The position numbers were made by a program, and so were the translations under genes. Under the pieces are notes generated by a model. The model had not been told where the DNA came from, made no database searches, and was given only the letters and a program-made list of their open reading frames with translations. Shown here one piece after another: positions 17,382-26,832 of a stretch of DNA of 64,000 nt (position 1 is the stretch's first letter; every line of letters starts with the position of its first letter). The stretch is from an uncultured virus (IMG/VR IMGVR_UViG_3300021404_000009) (taxonomy: Duplodnaviria > Heunggongvirae > Uroviricota > Caudoviricetes): the IMG/VR virus record IMGVR_UViG_3300021404_000009. The stretch is one strand, 5' to 3'.

Positions 17382-17950
17382 TCAGAATCCTTGGGCAAGT
17401 CCAAGAGCACCGCTTCTCTCAGCTTCGGCGGCGAGGGCGGCACACCACTTCCGCGGATCAGGAACTTCGCCCGACTTAACGCCCCACCACGCGAGATCCC
17501 ATGCGTCGGCACGATCGAGTGGGCCGGTGATCCGCAGCTTGATAAGGGCCAGCCGGAGCCACCGGCCTAAGCTTTTGGGGCGCCGTTCCCATTCGCCACG
17601 GCCAGGACTTCGCCGATCCAGTCGCTACTCTCTTTGTCGCCCCGCTTGTAGCGGAGTAGGCCCGAAAGCTCGGCGTCTGATAGGTCGTAATTCCGCCTGA
17701 GCAGATCGGCCGCCAGCGCCGCGACCGCCGGGAAAAACCCGTCGTCCGATGCGGAAACGGCCTTGACCATCGCATCGAAGTCGGCCCCGAAGCTGGACGA
17801 TGTGACCTCGGTGGGTGGGGTGGTCGCGAACGAGGCGAACACGTCCACCGTCGGCCTCGGCAAATACCACTCCTGCCCATCCCCGAACGCCACCGGGACC
17901 GATTCGTCCTCATTGAACCCCGGCAGCCTACGCGCCTTCTCGTCGATCAC
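17382..17950 (-). CDS. Tail assembly chaperone G (17567..17950) and -1 frameshift product GT (to 17382)
   Basis: Slippery heptamer C CCA AAA (17579-17573) just before the TAG; the -1 frame is open to TGA at 17382, just before the tape measure ATG. Confidence 0.8.
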
Positions 17951-18231
17951 GACTGGTCCTCCGTCTGGACAATCAATGTACCCATCAGTACGCCATCCTC
18001 ACGCTCGGTCCAGTGATACCGCTCCTGCTTGTTGCGATCGAGCACGGTATCAGCAGGATCGCCAGAGATGAGCGTCTGTTCGCCGTAGTGGCGGGCGTGG
18101 ACGAGCTTGCTACCGAAGATCGGCGCGAACTCCTTTTTGATCGCGAGCAGCGCATGGCCGTTCGGCCCGGCCTTCTTCGCGCCGTAACCCGGGGGCAGCA
18201 GCGCGGCGTGATACTTGGGTTCGTCGGGCAT
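17947..18231 (-). CDS. Hypothetical protein between tail tube and chaperone
   Basis: GGAG RBS, stop overlaps next start. Confidence 0.65.
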   Translation of the reverse strand: MPDEPKYHAALLPPGYGAKKAGPNGHALLAIKKEFAPIFGSKLVHARHYGEQTLISGDPADTVLDRNKQERYHWTEREDGVLMGTLIVQTEDQS

Positions 18232-18246
18232 CGGTGGGGCTCCGGG

Positions 18247-18684
18247 TTAGGCGGCGGCGATGGAAAGCTGGTTGGTGGCGCCGTCAGTCGAAAAGCTCTT
18301 GATCGACACGCTGGCGCTGCCGTACTGACGGTGCGAGCCGGACTGGGGCACGTTCTCAATCATGGCGTTCGACAGCGTGTAGATCAGGGCGCCGCCGCCG
18401 GTGGCCGCCTTGTTCTTGGCGTCGTTGAGCGTGGCCGTAAGCGTGCCGGTCTGCCCGATCACGAGCGAAGACGCCGCGTTGACGTTCGCGAAGGTGATGG
18501 TGCAGGACGGGTCAAAGAAGTCGTTGACGAGCGTCGTCACGGCCCGATCGCCGTCGCCAGAGAACGGCAGGAGTGAGCCGCCGGTATCGAACGCGACCGA
18601 CTGCACGCCGGTCAGGACCACGGGCGAACCGCTGGGCGTCCACGTGACGGACGTCCAATTTAGACTGCGAAGCGTTGCGCTCAT
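18247..18684 (-). CDS. Tail tube (major tail) protein
   Basis: 145 aa beta-rich protein (LTGVQSVAFD, CTITF, YTLSNA) upstream of chaperone and tape measure. Confidence 0.7.
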   Translation of the reverse strand: MSATLRSLNWTSVTWTPSGSPVVLTGVQSVAFDTGGSLLPFSGDGDRAVTTLVNDFFDPSCTITFANVNAASSLVIGQTGTLTATLNDAKNKAATGGGALIYTLSNAMIENVPQSGSHRQYGSASVSIKSFSTDGATNQLSIAAA

Positions 18685-18706
18685 GGGTAATTATCCCTCT
18701 GATTGG

Positions 18707-19663
18707 TTATTGATCTGAATCGTCGATATCGTTCACTTCGCCAGGCTCGACGCGCACCATTGATTCCCACTCGGACGAAGCCGGCCCCTCTTCCTCGTAG
18801 CCGATGACGGCACTGAAGCTGCCCGTGGCGTCGAGGCGTGCCCGAACGTCCTCGTAGATGGCGTGCTCGGTTGCGGGGTCGAAGCCGCCGAACCCCTTGA
18901 TGAGTAGTTCCCACTCGCCGTCCATGAACTGGATTGCGTAAGGGGGGGCGATCGTCGGCTTTCCCTCTCGCCTCAAGAGAGTGAGCATCGGGAACGTGAG
19001 GTTGCCTAGCGATTGCCCGTTGATCGCGTTCTTTGCGACCGCGCATAGGCTGGAGATCAGGCGGTGTCGGTCTGCTGGGTCTTCGCCCTTGGCCTGGATT
19101 TCGAGGCGGAACTTGCCGCGGGAGACGATCCAGACGTCATCGGGGATGACGGGGGCCGAGCCGCCCGCGGCCGTTCCCGGAACAGCAGCGAGCATCACGC
19201 CCGCTGGAGTCCCGGCAGCAACGGCAGCGCCGGTCGCATGGCCAGGAATCGCGGATAGCCTGACCGCGATCGGAATGCCAACCGCCGTCGCCGCTCCGGT
19301 CGCAGTGCCGGCCTGCGACGAGAGCGTGACCGTTATCGCGATTCCGACCGCATTACCGGGCGATGCACTGCCGCCGGTCGCCGTACCAACAATCGCCGAG
19401 AGGGTGACCCCAATCGACGTGGTCACGCCGCCCGAGAGTGGGCCGTCTGTTGGCAGGAAGTCCGTCGGCGCGGCGTCGGTCGATGGGCCGAATACGGCCG
19501 GTGTCGAGAGTCGTCCGGCCTCGGCTGCCTTAGCCGCACCCGTCGCGGTCCCGGCCGGCACGCCCAGCGTGACCGTTGGGCAGCTTCCGAAAGCGTTACC
19601 GGCCCCGGTGGATGGGCTGGAGAATAAGAGCCACAGGCCGGGGTCGACCAACTGAATGGGCAT
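18707..19663 (-). CDS. Putative tail completion/terminator protein with Ala/Gly/Thr-rich N-terminal extension
   Basis: Immediately upstream of tail tube; alpha/beta C-terminal domain; GTATG repeats in N-half. Confidence 0.55.
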   Translation of the reverse strand: MPIQLVDPGLWLLFSSPSTGAGNAFGSCPTVTLGVPAGTATGAAKAAEAGRLSTPAVFGPSTDAAPTDFLPTDGPLSGGVTTSIGVTLSAIVGTATGGSASPGNAVGIAITVTLSSQAGTATGAATAVGIPIAVRLSAIPGHATGAAVAAGTPAGVMLAAVPGTAAGGSAPVIPDDVWIVSRGKFRLEIQAKGEDPADRHRLISSLCAVAKNAINGQSLGNLTFPMLTLLRREGKPTIAPPYAIQFMDGEWELLIKGFGGFDPATEHAIYEDVRARLDATGSFSAVIGYEEEGPASSEWESMVRVEPGEVNDIDDSDQ

Positions 19664-19710
19664 GGGAGACCCCGAAGGCTAGGCGGGTGCGTGACGAGCC
19701 ACGGCCGCGG

Positions 19711-20145
19711 TCAAGCCTTGGAGATCTTGAACCATCCGACAGTGGCGACACTCGTAACCGTGAAGGGAGCAGCGGTGCTCGTGACCGATCCGCCGAAATC
19801 CATGTATCCGTACAGATTGTCGGCGCTGGCGGCTCCGCCCCTTGCCTTGAAGAACACCGCTCCCGTCGCCACGAGCGTTGCCCCACTCCACACAGGATTG
19901 GTCGCCGTGCAGAGCGTCCAGTTGTTGCTCGTATCAAGCGTCAGTGTGATTCCCGAGAGAGTCTGGCCGCCCGCCGTGTAGCCCGTGCCGACAACCTCGC
20001 CAGTGATGTCGGATCGCTTGGCGTGGGTGACAAAGTTGGGGGTGTAGCCGTTGACGAGAATGATTCCGACTTGGTCGGTGCCGGGCGTAAGATTCCCCAG
20101 GGCCAGGTCATTCGTCGTGGAGTCATAGGCAGTGGTCGTTGGCAT
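19711..20145 (-). CDS. Putative minor virion protein
   Basis: EVVGTGYTAGGQTL, YMDFGGSVTST pattern common in phage structural regions. Confidence 0.65.
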   Translation of the reverse strand: MPTTTAYDSTTNDLALGNLTPGTDQVGIILVNGYTPNFVTHAKRSDITGEVVGTGYTAGGQTLSGITLTLDTSNNWTLCTATNPVWSGATLVATGAVFFKARGGAASADNLYGYMDFGGSVTSTAAPFTVTSVATVGWFKISKA

Positions 20146-20177
20146 GGGCGTGCGCCCCTCGGTTCAGGTGTGATCGA

Positions 20178-20777
20178 TCAGAGGCCCACGACGCTTGCGA
20201 CGTCCACTCCGGTTGTGGGCGTTCCGTTATTAGCAACGGCAAACGTGAATGTGTGGACGCCAGCAGAGTAGGTGTGCGTGCCAGCGTTCGTGAGCAGGAA
20301 GCCGCCCGCCGTGAGCGGAATGTACAGCCGGTGCCCCGAGTACAGGCCGGCGGTCGTGCCCATGTTTGTGGAAATTAGGCTGATGCTCGTGGCCGTGGGA
20401 GTGCCGGTAACGGCGCCGTTGCCGAGCAGCAAGAACGGGTCGACCTGATCGGTCTGATCGCGGATATAAACCGTCTGGGATGCGAGAACGATTACCTGTG
20501 AAAGCAGCGTGCCGGCGGACGTGTCGCAGAACAGGTAGTCGTGATACCCATTGGTCAACTGGTTTGAGGCCGTCCATCCCGTCGTCGTGATCGAGGCCGA
20601 ATAGAAGCTCGGCGCGTTCGTGCTCTTGGTGAGCGGGGTGGTGAGCGTCGTGGGCGTGCCCGACGTGTATGCGTTCGGGGTGAAGTCGAACACGAGTCGA
20701 TCGCTGGCGCGGACCAGGATGAGCCCGGCCGACGTTGGGTTCGTGGGGAGCGTCGCCCGCGGGATTATGATGGACAC
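20178..20777 (-). CDS. Hypothetical virion protein
   Basis: Thr-rich beta protein with GAGG RBS. Confidence 0.6.
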   Translation of the reverse strand: MSIIIPRATLPTNPTSAGLILVRASDRLVFDFTPNAYTSGTPTTLTTPLTKSTNAPSFYSASITTTGWTASNQLTNGYHDYLFCDTSAGTLLSQVIVLASQTVYIRDQTDQVDPFLLLGNGAVTGTPTATSISLISTNMGTTAGLYSGHRLYIPLTAGGFLLTNAGTHTYSAGVHTFTFAVANNGTPTTGVDVASVVGL

Positions 20778-20813
20778 GCCGTCACCTCTTTGGGATGGAA
20801 CGATGCCGGCAAA

Positions 20814-21221
20814 TCAGCGCGTCCGCCTGTGCCGCCGGTGGTGGCGATAGGACAGGCCGTGGAACCAGTGGGGGCGGCTGCGGGGCGTCGCGGACGCCTC
20901 TGGGCTCTTTGCCGATGTCGTGCCGCCGCTGACGGACGCGACCTTGTAGAAATACTCTGTGCCGTTCGTCAGGCCCGTGTCCGAATAGACTGTGACCGTG
21001 ACGCCCGTGGCGATCGGCGTCCCGGACTCGCCGCCCGTGGTCGTGCCGCGGTAGACGTTATAGGTGGCTGCGCCGGATGCAGCGGGCCACGTAAGACCGA
21101 CCGCGTGATTGCCTGAGCTTGCGACGAGCGAAACTGGCGGCGCCAATGACGGCGATACCGGCCCATCCGTCGGGAAGAAGTCCGTCGGTGCCCCGTCGGT
21201 CGATGGGACGAAACCAGGCAT
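20814..21221 (-). CDS. Fibronectin type III domain virion protein
   Basis: VGLTW...ATYNVYRGTT, YSDTGLTNGTEYFYKVASV. Confidence 0.8.
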   Translation of the reverse strand: MPGFVPSTDGAPTDFFPTDGPVSPSLAPPVSLVASSGNHAVGLTWPAASGAATYNVYRGTTTGGESGTPIATGVTVTVYSDTGLTNGTEYFYKVASVSGGTTSAKSPEASATPRSRPHWFHGLSYRHHRRHRRTR

Positions 21222-21251
21222 GCCGTCACCCCTTGTCGTCGTAAGTGACGG

Positions 21252-24200
21252 TCAAGACGCCGCCGCGACGAACGCACCGGCCTGGAACGTCGGCGCCGCG
21301 CCGCTCGTCGTGGGTGAGACGGGGTTCGGCAGCGACCCCTCGAACCACGAGAGACCGCTCGACGAGGCGTCCATCAGCGACGCCTTGATTAGCGGGCCGC
21401 TCCACGAACCGGTTGGCGAGCCAAAGGCGATCGCGGCGGCGTTCTTGGCGTCGCCGAACTGGCCGAGGTTTTCGTTGTTGAAGCCCGATGCCAGCCAATT
21501 GGCCACGACGTTTGAGACCGACACGCGGGCGTAACCGTTGCCGCTGGGTTCGCCCGTGAGGGTGGAGCTTCGGGTCGGGGCCGCCGACGACAGGGCCACG
21601 TACCACGTCGCCGGCACCGTAAATGGAACCCCACCGAACAGCAGGTCGTGAACCTTCCCCCACGCCTGATCCGTCATGCCGCCCGCGAAACTGCTTGTGC
21701 TCGCGTAGGGCGTGTGGACGATGGTCAGGCCGCCGCTGCTGATCGTCGGTGTCTGACCAGCGGTGAAGGTGATTGGCGATGCAAGCTGGAGCGTCAGCAG
21801 CCCCGACGTCGCGGACGGGCTCGACATGAATGTGATGGCATTGACCGTAATAGGTGCCGTCAGCGTCGGCCATGTGATCGCGGCGCCGGACGTCTTCGAG
21901 CCCGCCGAGGACGCGCCGAAGTTGGTCGTATTGTTGGTGACCGCGACCCGGTTGTAGCCGGTGGTGCCGGACATTGGCTCGGTGCCCGAGCCGTCGAATC
22001 CGGCGGCGTTCGCCGTCTGGAGCGCGGCGTAATAAGTCTGGGGCACCGAGTAGGGGTTGGCGGGGTCAACCTGGACAGCGGCGTAAGGGACGCCGGTCAG
22101 TGACGTCGTGTTCATCGTCAGGCCGGATACATTGATGCTGTAATACGCACCCGGTATCGCCGATGGGACCATGTTCGCGACGGTGCGATTCGGGGCCGGC
22201 GAGATGGACGCCGCCAGCATCGCAGCCTGGATCGTCGGCCCATTGGCATTCCAGGCAAGGGCCGCGGTCGTGTTGCTGCCGGCCGTGAGGGTGAACGTGC
22301 CGCCGGTCACTCCCTGGAACGTGAATGACTTCGTGTTGCCCTGGTTGCTCGAGACCACGACGACGGTTGGGCCGCCGGTCAGCCCGGACCCGTTGACCGT
22401 AAGGCCGTTCGTCGCGCCAGCCGCGGTCACCAGGGTATTGATCGGGCTGATTGTGTACGGGCCGCCGTTCGCGCCGCCCACGATCATGTTGTTGCCCGCG
22501 ATTGACGACAACGCCTGGAGAGCCGTTTGGACGGAACCTATGCCCGCGGCCGGGGCATTGAAGGCGATCGTGCCCGTTGTCTGGCCGCCGTAACTGAGGG
22601 TGAACGTGCCGCCGGTCGCGCCGATCACGAGCTGGCTACTCGACCCGAGAAACGTGGAGCCGAAGATGGAGTTCGGTTGGCCGAACAGCATCGCGGCGCC
22701 GCCTCGGCCGGCGGTATTGGCCGTCACCCGTCCCCATGACGTCGCCTGGCCTGAGAGCGTCGCGGAAATCGCCGTGTGGTCGATTGCGTAGGCAGCAAGG
22801 GAGGCGTTGGGGTCTACCTGGATCGCGTGCAGGCCCTTCCATGTGGGCGGCGTCAAAGAGCCGTGCGTGCCGTCCTTCGCGACGTAGAGTTCCTGGAACT
22901 GGCCGTCGACCGGGCCGGGTGGTATCTGTTTGATCGTGCCGCTGAACCAGTTCTGCCAGCGGGGGAAGGTCATCGAGCGGATTTCGAGGATCTTGACCCG
23001 AGGCCGTCCGACCGAGGGGTTGTTGCTCACGTAGGGGCCGTAATTCGTCACGCAGTTGCGGACTTCCCCGATCCAGTTGCCCCCGTCGACGTTGACGATG
23101 CCGCCCGTGTTCCCGCAGTCGATCGTATCGATGTCAAGATAGGCGATTGGGCTGTTGGCTCCGTTGTTCGAGACCAACTTGAAGATCGGCGCCTGTCCGA
23201 TACTCCCTCCGTAAATGTCGCGGACCAGGCAGATGTTGTTGTCGTCCGAGACGCGCTCCATATAAAAGAGCGCGTTGGCGACAGAGCCGCCCTCTAGGTC
23301 CAGCTTGACGTCGGAGAACGAGCCGCCGTTCCCATAGTCATTCGTGTACGTCGCCGTGAAGCCGCACGGGTCATGCCCGTAGTTGTTCACCCGGACCCCG
23401 TTCACGTTGACGACGCAGCCGCAGAAGCGGAATGCATACCGGCAACTGCTGGTGAGGAATATGTCTCGCAGCGTGACCTGGGCGGAATCGGCGAAGTATC
23501 CGGCGTCGTTCGCCTGGAGCGTGCAGTTGTAGAGCCGGTGATACCACGTCGCGGTGGTCTGCCCGATCGGCATGTGGGCGACGGCGTAGATGCCACCGAG
23601 GAACGAGCACCCTTCCATGTGACACGAATACGACTCGCCGAGCACCAGCGGCACGCCGTAAGGGCCGGACGTGTCGAGGACAAGATCGGTGAACTTGTTG
23701 TCACCGATGAGGGTCTGAAGCCGGGCCGTGAGGATCACGGAGGGGCACTGATAGACGAGCTGGACGATGCCGCCCGTGTTGATGGCCAGGTTTCTCGGAG
23801 CCGGCGTCGCCGTGGGGTTCTCGGTGAACCCGAAATAGCCCAGCGCCCAGTCGTCCAGGGTCGCCGTATAGGCGCCGGGGGCGGGATAGTAGCGGTACCT
23901 GTCGTTGATAACCTGGCCGGTCAGGAGCGTCCCGTCGCAACTGGCCTGGGTGGGGTCGAGTGTGAACCCGGCCGCGTTCGTGAGTTGGTACTGATAGCCC
24001 ACCGGCGTACTGGTGACCTGGCTGGCCGTCACGGTCACGTTGATGCCGGCGTTCTGAAGCGCGGTCTGTAGCGTGGCTGAATTCGCGTTGTAGGGGACGC
24101 CGGTGACGGTCGTTCCCTTGTACGTGATGTTGTACGTGCCACCAGCCGGGGGACCGGGCACGACCAACTTCCCGGTGCCGCCGATCAGGTTAATGATGCT

Positions 24201-25313
24201 GAACTGCGGGTTGGCGATCTGCGCGCCGCTCACGTTGGCATAACGGAGCGAACACGAGATGGCGAGCCCGTACAGAGCCCAGTCGGTGTTGCCGCCGCCC
24301 GACTGGCCGTTGCCCTGGGCATTCACGGTGAACGGGAAATACTGGTTCTCGCTGGGGAAACAGCCGGCCGTGAACGTGCCCGAGGTGTGCGTGACCGTGA
24401 GCTGGACGTTACTTCCGCCATTGAACGGGCCATACGCGGTGATGACAGCGTTGGTGCAATCGACGCCAACGCTGATCCGCTGAACCCCGGTTGCGGTCCC
24501 GGTCGAGAACGTGAAGACGTTTTTGGAGACGGGGCCGAACCTCACCGTCTGGGTGTACAGGGTGAGCTGGTAGGTGTTGGCGGACGACGTGCGGAGCACC
24601 CACACGCCCTGTTGAGACCCGATCGTGTTGTTCCCGTCGAACCCGACCCCGCACACGTAGCTACTGGCCGGCATCTGGCCCGACGAGAAGCCCTCGCACG
24701 CCAGATCAACCGTGAACTGCGGCGTCTCCCGCCAGTTGTCCGGGATGGTGACGGTGGGCGACGGGCGTCCGTGGGAGAAGCACGACGCCTGGGAATAGAT
24801 GAAGCCGGTGGAGACGAAGCCGGTCACTGGGTCCGTAAACGGGCTCGACCGGAATCCCCACTTCTGATTGGCGGCCGTGACGACGGTGCTATCGAGCTTG
24901 GGAGTTCCGCTGTTCCACAGGTCGGGACGATAGGTCGTTCCGGGTTGCTGCGGTCCCGCATCATTGCGGTAGACTCCGCAATAGAAGATCGGCAGGCCGA
25001 CGCCCGAAGGCGTGTTGATCTGTGTCCCTTCGCCTTCCCCTTTGACCTCGATTCCGCTCGCTTCGACGAATGACGAGGTCTTGCAGGTATACGGCTTCGA
25101 GGCGCCGGGGATGAAGACCACGGCCCGGGGTGCGATGCCAGATCCGAAACTGCTCGTGTCAGCCAAGATCGCGACCTTGGCGGCATCAAGCGTGGCCTGG
25201 GCAGCCGGTCCGATATCCGACGACGACACCGAGAGACCGAAGGCCCGCGCGTCGAGCCACAAGCTACCGTGCAGAGGCAGCGGATTAGCTTCGCCCTGTC
25301 CAATGCTAGGCAT
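21252..25313 (-). CDS. Large tailspike / receptor-binding protein (pectin-lyase-like beta-helix plus repeat domains)
   Basis: DARAFG, DIGPAAQA, VVFIPG, IEVKGEGEGT beta-helix cap motifs; three GGT(F/Y)-NA repeats; two GY.RV.V.N C-terminal domains. Confidence 0.7.
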   Translation of the reverse strand: MPSIGQGEANPLPLHGSLWLDARAFGLSVSSSDIGPAAQATLDAAKVAILADTSSFGSGIAPRAVVFIPGASKPYTCKTSSFVEASGIEVKGEGEGTQINTPSGVGLPIFYCGVYRNDAGPQQPGTTYRPDLWNSGTPKLDSTVVTAANQKWGFRSSPFTDPVTGFVSTGFIYSQASCFSHGRPSPTVTIPDNWRETPQFTVDLACEGFSSGQMPASSYVCGVGFDGNNTIGSQQGVWVLRTSSANTYQLTLYTQTVRFGPVSKNVFTFSTGTATGVQRISVGVDCTNAVITAYGPFNGGSNVQLTVTHTSGTFTAGCFPSENQYFPFTVNAQGNGQSGGGNTDWALYGLAISCSLRYANVSGAQIANPQFSIINLIGGTGKLVVPGPPAGGTYNITYKGTTVTGVPYNANSATLQTALQNAGINVTVTASQVTSTPVGYQYQLTNAAGFTLDPTQASCDGTLLTGQVINDRYRYYPAPGAYTATLDDWALGYFGFTENPTATPAPRNLAINTGGIVQLVYQCPSVILTARLQTLIGDNKFTDLVLDTSGPYGVPLVLGESYSCHMEGCSFLGGIYAVAHMPIGQTTATWYHRLYNCTLQANDAGYFADSAQVTLRDIFLTSSCRYAFRFCGCVVNVNGVRVNNYGHDPCGFTATYTNDYGNGGSFSDVKLDLEGGSVANALFYMERVSDDNNICLVRDIYGGSIGQAPIFKLVSNNGANSPIAYLDIDTIDCGNTGGIVNVDGGNWIGEVRNCVTNYGPYVSNNPSVGRPRVKILEIRSMTFPRWQNWFSGTIKQIPPGPVDGQFQELYVAKDGTHGSLTPPTWKGLHAIQVDPNASLAAYAIDHTAISATLSGQATSWGRVTANTAGRGGAAMLFGQPNSIFGSTFLGSSSQLVIGATGGTFTLSYGGQTTGTIAFNAPAAGIGSVQTALQALSSIAGNNMIVGGANGGPYTISPINTLVTAAGATNGLTVNGSGLTGGPTVVVVSSNQGNTKSFTFQGVTGGTFTLTAGSNTTAALAWNANGPTIQAAMLAASISPAPNRTVANMVPSAIPGAYYSINVSGLTMNTTSLTGVPYAAVQVDPANPYSVPQTYYAALQTANAAGFDGSGTEPMSGTTGYNRVAVTNNTTNFGASSAGSKTSGAAITWPTLTAPITVNAITFMSSPSATSGLLTLQLASPITFTAGQTPTISSGGLTIVHTPYASTSSFAGGMTDQAWGKVHDLLFGGVPFTVPATWYVALSSAAPTRSSTLTGEPSGNGYARVSVSNVVANWLASGFNNENLGQFGDAKNAAAIAFGSPTGSWSGPLIKASLMDASSSGLSWFEGSLPNPVSPTTSGAAPTFQAGAFVAAAS

Positions 25314-25564
25314 CAGTTGCCCCCGGCGTTAATGGGCGCGGCGGGCGTCCCCGAATGAATGACCACACCGAATCGCCACCAGATCCGCCGGGCAACCCAC
25401 GAGCCGTCGCGGCACGGGCCACCGAAGTAGGGCGGGTGCGAAAGGCCGTGGATCGGGTGGCCGAACTTGGTTGATGCCCAGAACGCCAGCCGCCCCAGCC
25501 GGAAGGCGTGCAGGTAGACCTGGCGGCCTCGGACGTTCAAGACTGGCGGGTGGAAGAAGAACAC
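25313..25564 (-). CDS. Hypothetical protein
   Basis: GGAGG RBS, aromatic-rich 83 aa; stop overlaps tailspike start. Confidence 0.45.
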   Translation of the reverse strand: MFFFHPPVLNVRGRQVYLHAFRLGRLAFWASTKFGHPIHGLSHPPYFGGPCRDGSWVARRIWWRFGVVIHSGTPAAPINAGGN

Positions 25565-25602
25565 GGCGAGCCCTCCCGGGCATGAGTCTAGGCGGGATGG
25601 GC

Positions 25603-26772
25603 TCAGTTATTCGCGATCGCGTACCACAGCGTCCCGTCCGTCTGGATTGTCATGTACTTGCCCGCGGCCAGCGTCGGGTTCGCGGTGCCGTCGATCGTGC
25701 CTGTGATGGTGAGCGTGTTGCCGGAGACGTCGGATGACTTGCGCTTGATCGTGTAGATTCGGCCCGATCGCCCCGTAGCCGAGATCAGCGTAATCGCGAA
25801 CGATCCGCTGGTCGCGTCGCAGAGGACTGTGCTATCCGAATCGGTCAGCGTGTAATTCGCGGTCTTGGCGACGAGGGCCGTGCTGAGCCCTGTCATCGCG
25901 AAGGTGCCGGTGGACAGCATATTCGCGACAGTCGATCCGCCGACCTGGAAGTTGATGTTTTGGCTGCCGGCGGAGCCGAGGGCGAGGGGGCCGGTCGACA
26001 CGATGCCGGGGGTAAGCGCCCCATTTGCCGATAGCGAAACCGTACCGCCGCCACCCGTCACCGACGCAACGCTCGCCTTCTCGATGAAGAATCCGGTCGA
26101 CCCGTTGCTATAGAGTCCCCAGAATCCATAGTTGCTTTTGATTACTATTGACGAGTTTGATCCGTTGATCGTGTCGGCGCCATTCGGCGTGATCGTGATC
26201 TGGTGCGACGCCGCGGCGCCCGACTCGTCGGCGATCACCAAGACCTGGCCCGCTGGGACCGTGCTCGCGGCCGGCAGATTGATCGTGGTGGTCGCGGCGT
26301 TGTTGACGCCGATGTAGAAGTCGGTCGCCAGCGCTGTGTAAGGCGACGACGTGACGACCGTGCGGTGGAACTGAACGCCACCATTGAGGGTCGTCGGACC
26401 CGCGAAGGTATTCGGGCCGGCCAGGGTGGCGCATAGGCCGAGGTTCGTCTGGATATCGTTGATCGTGCCGGCAGTGACCGCGATCCAGACCTTGTCGCCG
26501 ATATTGATCGTCGTCGGATCGGTGTAGCCGTCGAGGGCGCCGGCGATCGTGAACGTGTTCGTTCCGCTGTTGACCTGGGTCGCCTTCAAGTGGGCGTAGG
26601 GAACGCCGGTCGTGGCGTTGGCAATGGTGAGCCGGTAGTAATTCGAGCCGCTCAGGGTCGGCAGGCTGCCCACCGACGCGACGACGAGCGACGTCCCGCC
26701 GGATGAACGCGCCGTGGCAACGGTGGTTTGCGGAAACGTCGCGACATCAACTTCGGTGGCGAGGGTGGCCAT
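25603..26772 (-). CDS. Putative tail fibre / virion appendage protein
   Basis: Two related domains (YTALATDFYIGV...TINLPAA; YTLTDSDSTVLCD...AITL..A..GRIYTIK). Confidence 0.65.
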   Translation of the reverse strand: MATLATEVDVATFPQTTVATARSSGGTSLVVASVGSLPTLSGSNYYRLTIANATTGVPYAHLKATQVNSGTNTFTIAGALDGYTDPTTINIGDKVWIAVTAGTINDIQTNLGLCATLAGPNTFAGPTTLNGGVQFHRTVVTSSPYTALATDFYIGVNNAATTTINLPAASTVPAGQVLVIADESGAAASHQITITPNGADTINGSNSSIVIKSNYGFWGLYSNGSTGFFIEKASVASVTGGGGTVSLSANGALTPGIVSTGPLALGSAGSQNINFQVGGSTVANMLSTGTFAMTGLSTALVAKTANYTLTDSDSTVLCDATSGSFAITLISATGRSGRIYTIKRKSSDVSGNTLTITGTIDGTANPTLAAGKYMTIQTDGTLWYAIANN

Positions 26773-26832
26773 TGGCGTTCTCGTTGGGCTAGACTGGATG
26801 GGCCGACGATGCCGTCAACCGGAGAGCATTGA

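Noticed and set aside
21252..26772. Diversity-generating retroelement or invertible cassette acting on tail fibres
   Set aside because: No reverse transcriptase or invertase seen, and no near-identical template/variable repeat pair noticed.
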